Position numbers and translations under genes: made by a program | Part shown: piece after piece, positions 61,213 through 64,000 of the stretch | Layout of the letters: each line of letters begins with the position of its first letter | How positions within the stretch are numbered: position 1 is the first letter of the stretch | The notes under the pieces: model-generated | The model's database searches: none | What the model saw: only the letters and a program-made list of their open reading frames with translations | What the model was told of the DNA's origin: nothing | NCBI GenBank assembly: GCA_037447605.1 | Contig: CM074813.1 | Coordinates: forward strand, 1,674,001-1,738,000 | Origin: Zygnema circumcarinatum SAG 698-1b | Taxonomy: Eukaryota > Plantae > Zygnematophyceae | Direction of reading: 5' to 3' | Length of the DNA: 64,000 nt

Positions 61213-61531
61213 GATCGTTCTGTCACAGTTTCCGTTTCTCGTTACGGGAAGCACCAACCAACTCCACATGGACAGAAAATTTTGAAAATTAACATTGTAC
61301 ACTTTACATTTAGCATATCCGATTTCGACTTCATCGGTCTGATCTTTTATTCCTTAACAAATCACTGCTACCTGTAATTCCCTCCCTCCCTCCCTAACAT
61401 TCCTGCAAGCTGACCTCATCATTCTTATTGACAATTGGGTCCCTGTGCAGCGCCCTCCTCTCTCCCCAGTTTCCATGTTCCAGATTTCAGTTATTGCCAT
61501 GTTCCCTCCGCCCAGAAGCGCCTCGCCTCAT

Positions 61532-62914
61532 TCACAGCTCTTCATAGCGGCCCTCCCTCGCCCCCTTGAGGGCCCGCACGGCTGCCTCCGACTGGTCCTT
61601 AGGAATGGGAATCTCCCACACCCCCCCCGTGTAGAGCGGCGCCCACAGCCCTCTCCTCACCTCTCCCTCCCTCTCCCTCTCTGCGCTTCCTCTCGGGAAG
61701 CACGGCAGCAATTCATAGATCTCCGTTCCCGTTACCGTTTTATAGACCCGTTCCACACGAGCCCTCCCCTCCTCCCTGTACACATCCCCTATCCTTTCCA
61801 TCATAGCGTCAAAGGCTGCGACTTTCTCTCCTCCCCCTCCCCGTCGTTCTCTCTCTCTATCCTTCTCCTCCCACCTCTCCCCCTCCCTCCTCTTTCCTGC
61901 TGCATACATCATTCTCCACTGCCTCCTCGGCCGCCCCGACAACCCTGACCCCTCCATCTCCCCACCCCCCCACATGTCTTCGTCGTTTTCTGCAGATAAC
62001 ACCTCCCTTAGTCGCTCCGCCTGCGCCGCAGGTACGCCGAACCCGGTTGCCAGGCAGACGAGCCCTGCCTCCAAAGGCGATATCCTCTCCTGCTCTCCTC
62101 CTCCCTCTCCCTCTCCCACTCCCTCTCCCTCTCTCCCTCCCTCTCCTCTCTCTTTCCTTTTCCCGCTCCTTCCTGCTTTCTTTTCAGACAAGCCCTTCAA
62201 GTCCGGCGCGTCTCCCAAGAACAGCTCCTCCAGAAGCGCCACGTTTTGGCGGTAGCGGTCCGCGGCCTCGTCCTCCGCCGCCAAGTCCGCGGCCTCCTTC
62301 TGCCGCAGCGCCTGCAGGCGCCAGCTCTGCGCGCCCGCCTGCTCCTGCAGGCAGAGGAGGCAGGGCCGGGACCACCCAAGGGTTCAGGGCCTCTTGCCTC
62401 TTCCGGTGCATGGGGGTTCAGGATTCCCTTTATGTTAGACCTTCTTTTTCCCTCAAGTAATTGGCACGTTCCCGAACTGAAATGATATCGAAACATAGCC
62501 AGATGCAAAGGTCAATCGCAGTCGTGCCCTCACCCGGCGCAGCGCCTGCACGAGCGCGCGCAGCGCCTTGACGCGCAGCGCCGTCTGCTCCGCGCTCAGC
62601 TCCCGCGCTCCGCCCGCGCCCGCGCCGCGCAGCTTCGCCTCCAGCGCGCCCGACCCCGCCAGCATCGCGCGCTGCGGGGATCAGGGTTCAGGGCTCAGGG
62701 TTTAGGGCTTAGGGTTCAGGGCTCAGGCTTTCAGGGCTCAGGTTTTCAGGGCTCAGGGCTCAGGACTCAGGGCTCAGAGTTCAGGGTTCAGGCTTTCAGG
62801 GCTCAGGGTTCAGGGCTTCTTGAATCTGCCGTTTACAATGAGAGTTTAGGGTTCCAAGGTCAAGGGTGCAGGGTTCAGGGCCTCGCGGTGCGGTGCGGTC
62901 CAGGCCGCAGCCAT
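61532..62914 (-). CDS. Uncharacterised protein resembling a conserved plant family (W-R-L...E-D-E-A-x-D-R-Y-x-x-N-V-x-L-L-E-E-x-F motif)
   Basis: GC-rich exon 62671-62534 (ALRVKALRALVQALRR) splices in frame to exon ~62346-61532 (QSWRLQALRQKEAADLAAEDEAADRYRQNVALLEELF...GRYEEL*). Start uncertain: ATG 62914 via a weak GC donor, or ATG 62665. Confidence 0.6.
62681..62881 (+). repeat. Degenerate telomere-like heptamer array (TTCAGGG/CTCAGGG/TTTAGGG)
   Basis: About 19 heptamer-like units at 62681-62816, a perfect TTTAGGG at 62701, and more copies up to 62881. Confidence 0.85.
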
Positions 62915-63436
62915 CCTCCCCTCCCCCTTCCGCCCCACGCAGAGCGCGCGCCTCCAGACGGCTGCCACGTGTCGCTCCCTCCGAGGGCTGGCACGTGTCA
63001 CCCGTCGCCTCGAGGTCTGTCTCGGCCTGGACCCGTCCAGTCTAGTCCGCGTCCGTCCGCGTCCGTCCGTACAGACACATATATCCGTACACATATCCGT
63101 ACAAACGCCCGCCAGCTGACGAGTCGCAGCGCAGCGCGGCGCCTGCGAGCGGACGGGCTGTGGTTATGACGTCATCTGCGCTTGCTGCTGACGTAGTGGA
63201 TGGTGCGGTACGGCGCGACCTGCCCCCCCGGCCGAGTTTGTACGGACGAACAAAAGCAGGTGCTGGCTGGACCGGCTCGTGCGTCCATCGGGCCCGGTCG
63301 GTGTTCACATGAAATTCGATGGCATTCAATGGCCTTCACCATCACGATACAAAAGATGCACCATCCCCAGCGGACATGCATGGACACATACATACACATG
63401 CCATGGCCGCATGACCATGGCGAGTAAGTACTATGG

Positions 63437-63915
63437 TCAGCGCCGGCACTTGGCCCGGCAATACTCCATGCATCGCTCCAGTATGCGCTTGTGCCCCGCC
63501 CGCCATCGCACCGCCAGCGCCATGTTCGGGCTCATCCCGCTCCGTGACCGTGACCTCGCCTCCCTCCCCCATTCCAGACACAGTTGCGAGCTGCCGTTTG
63601 AAAATCCGTTGTCTTCATTTTTCAGTAATCCTTCTCCTTCGTGTTCACCCCTCAAGCAGTCCAAAAGGGCTTCATCCTCGTCGACTGTTGTTGGTAAGCT
63701 ACTCAACATTTCTATGCACGTTCGTTCAAGCCAACAGAACGCGCTGACATCTCCCTCTATAGATACCCGTTGCCCTGAAAAAGCGATATGTCGCACCTTT
63801 TTTCTCATATGGGGTGGCTCCGCAAGCACTCGGAGGGCGGCTAAAAGACAAAAGGATGGTCGGCCGTCAACCCTAACGTGATACTCTTTACTACTGACAT
63901 GGAACCCGAGGTCGT
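63437..63915 (-). CDS. SDG40: Last exon of an SDG40-like SET-domain lysine methyltransferase (Rubisco LSMT substrate-binding domain); the rest lies beyond the window
   Basis: Acceptor at 63916, then DGRPSFCLLAALRVLA..VSIEGD..WLERTC..LSSLPTTVDEDEALL..LAVRWRAGHKRILERCMEYC, TGA at 63437. Confidence 0.75.
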
Positions 63916-64000
63916 CTAACGCGGAGGAAGTTACATGCAGAAGATGATTATCATTATTTTGACTTGAATTACTGTTTGAAATTTTGGTTTTATGCCGATT

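Overview
Gene-dense eukaryotic nuclear DNA from a green plant. The GC-rich exons and the introns full of (CT)n/(GA)n and degenerate telomere-like tracts suggest a streptophyte alga or early land plant; this is inference only. I can build spliced models for 12 protein-coding genes: RluA/RPUSD2-type pseudouridine synthase (5' end outside window), a UCP012943-like tail-anchored protein, PECT1, NUP1/NUP136, SEC22, HAM1 (MYST acetyltransferase), a TM9SF/TMN protein, mitochondrial PDH E1-beta, pescadillo, a GT61-family glycosyltransferase, an uncharacterised conserved-looking protein, and the last exon of an SDG40-like SET protein. Two pairs are head-to-head with short shared promoters. Non-coding structure includes a 945-bp long-TIR non-autonomous transposon with an 8-bp TSD inserted into a 19-bp-phased RATAAAGT array, a nested cluster of TA-flanked CAGT-ended MITEs, a dispersed fold-back repeat family (two copies), several minisatellites, a probable U12-type intron and a GC-AG intron. 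I found no rRNA, tRNA, CRISPR array or prokaryote-like system. Most long ORFs in the ORF track are artefacts of CT/GA microsatellites. Gene names come from recalled family motifs, not database searches. I found no convincing wholly new multi-gene system; the best novelty candidates are the cis-acting or mobile structures listed in the findings.
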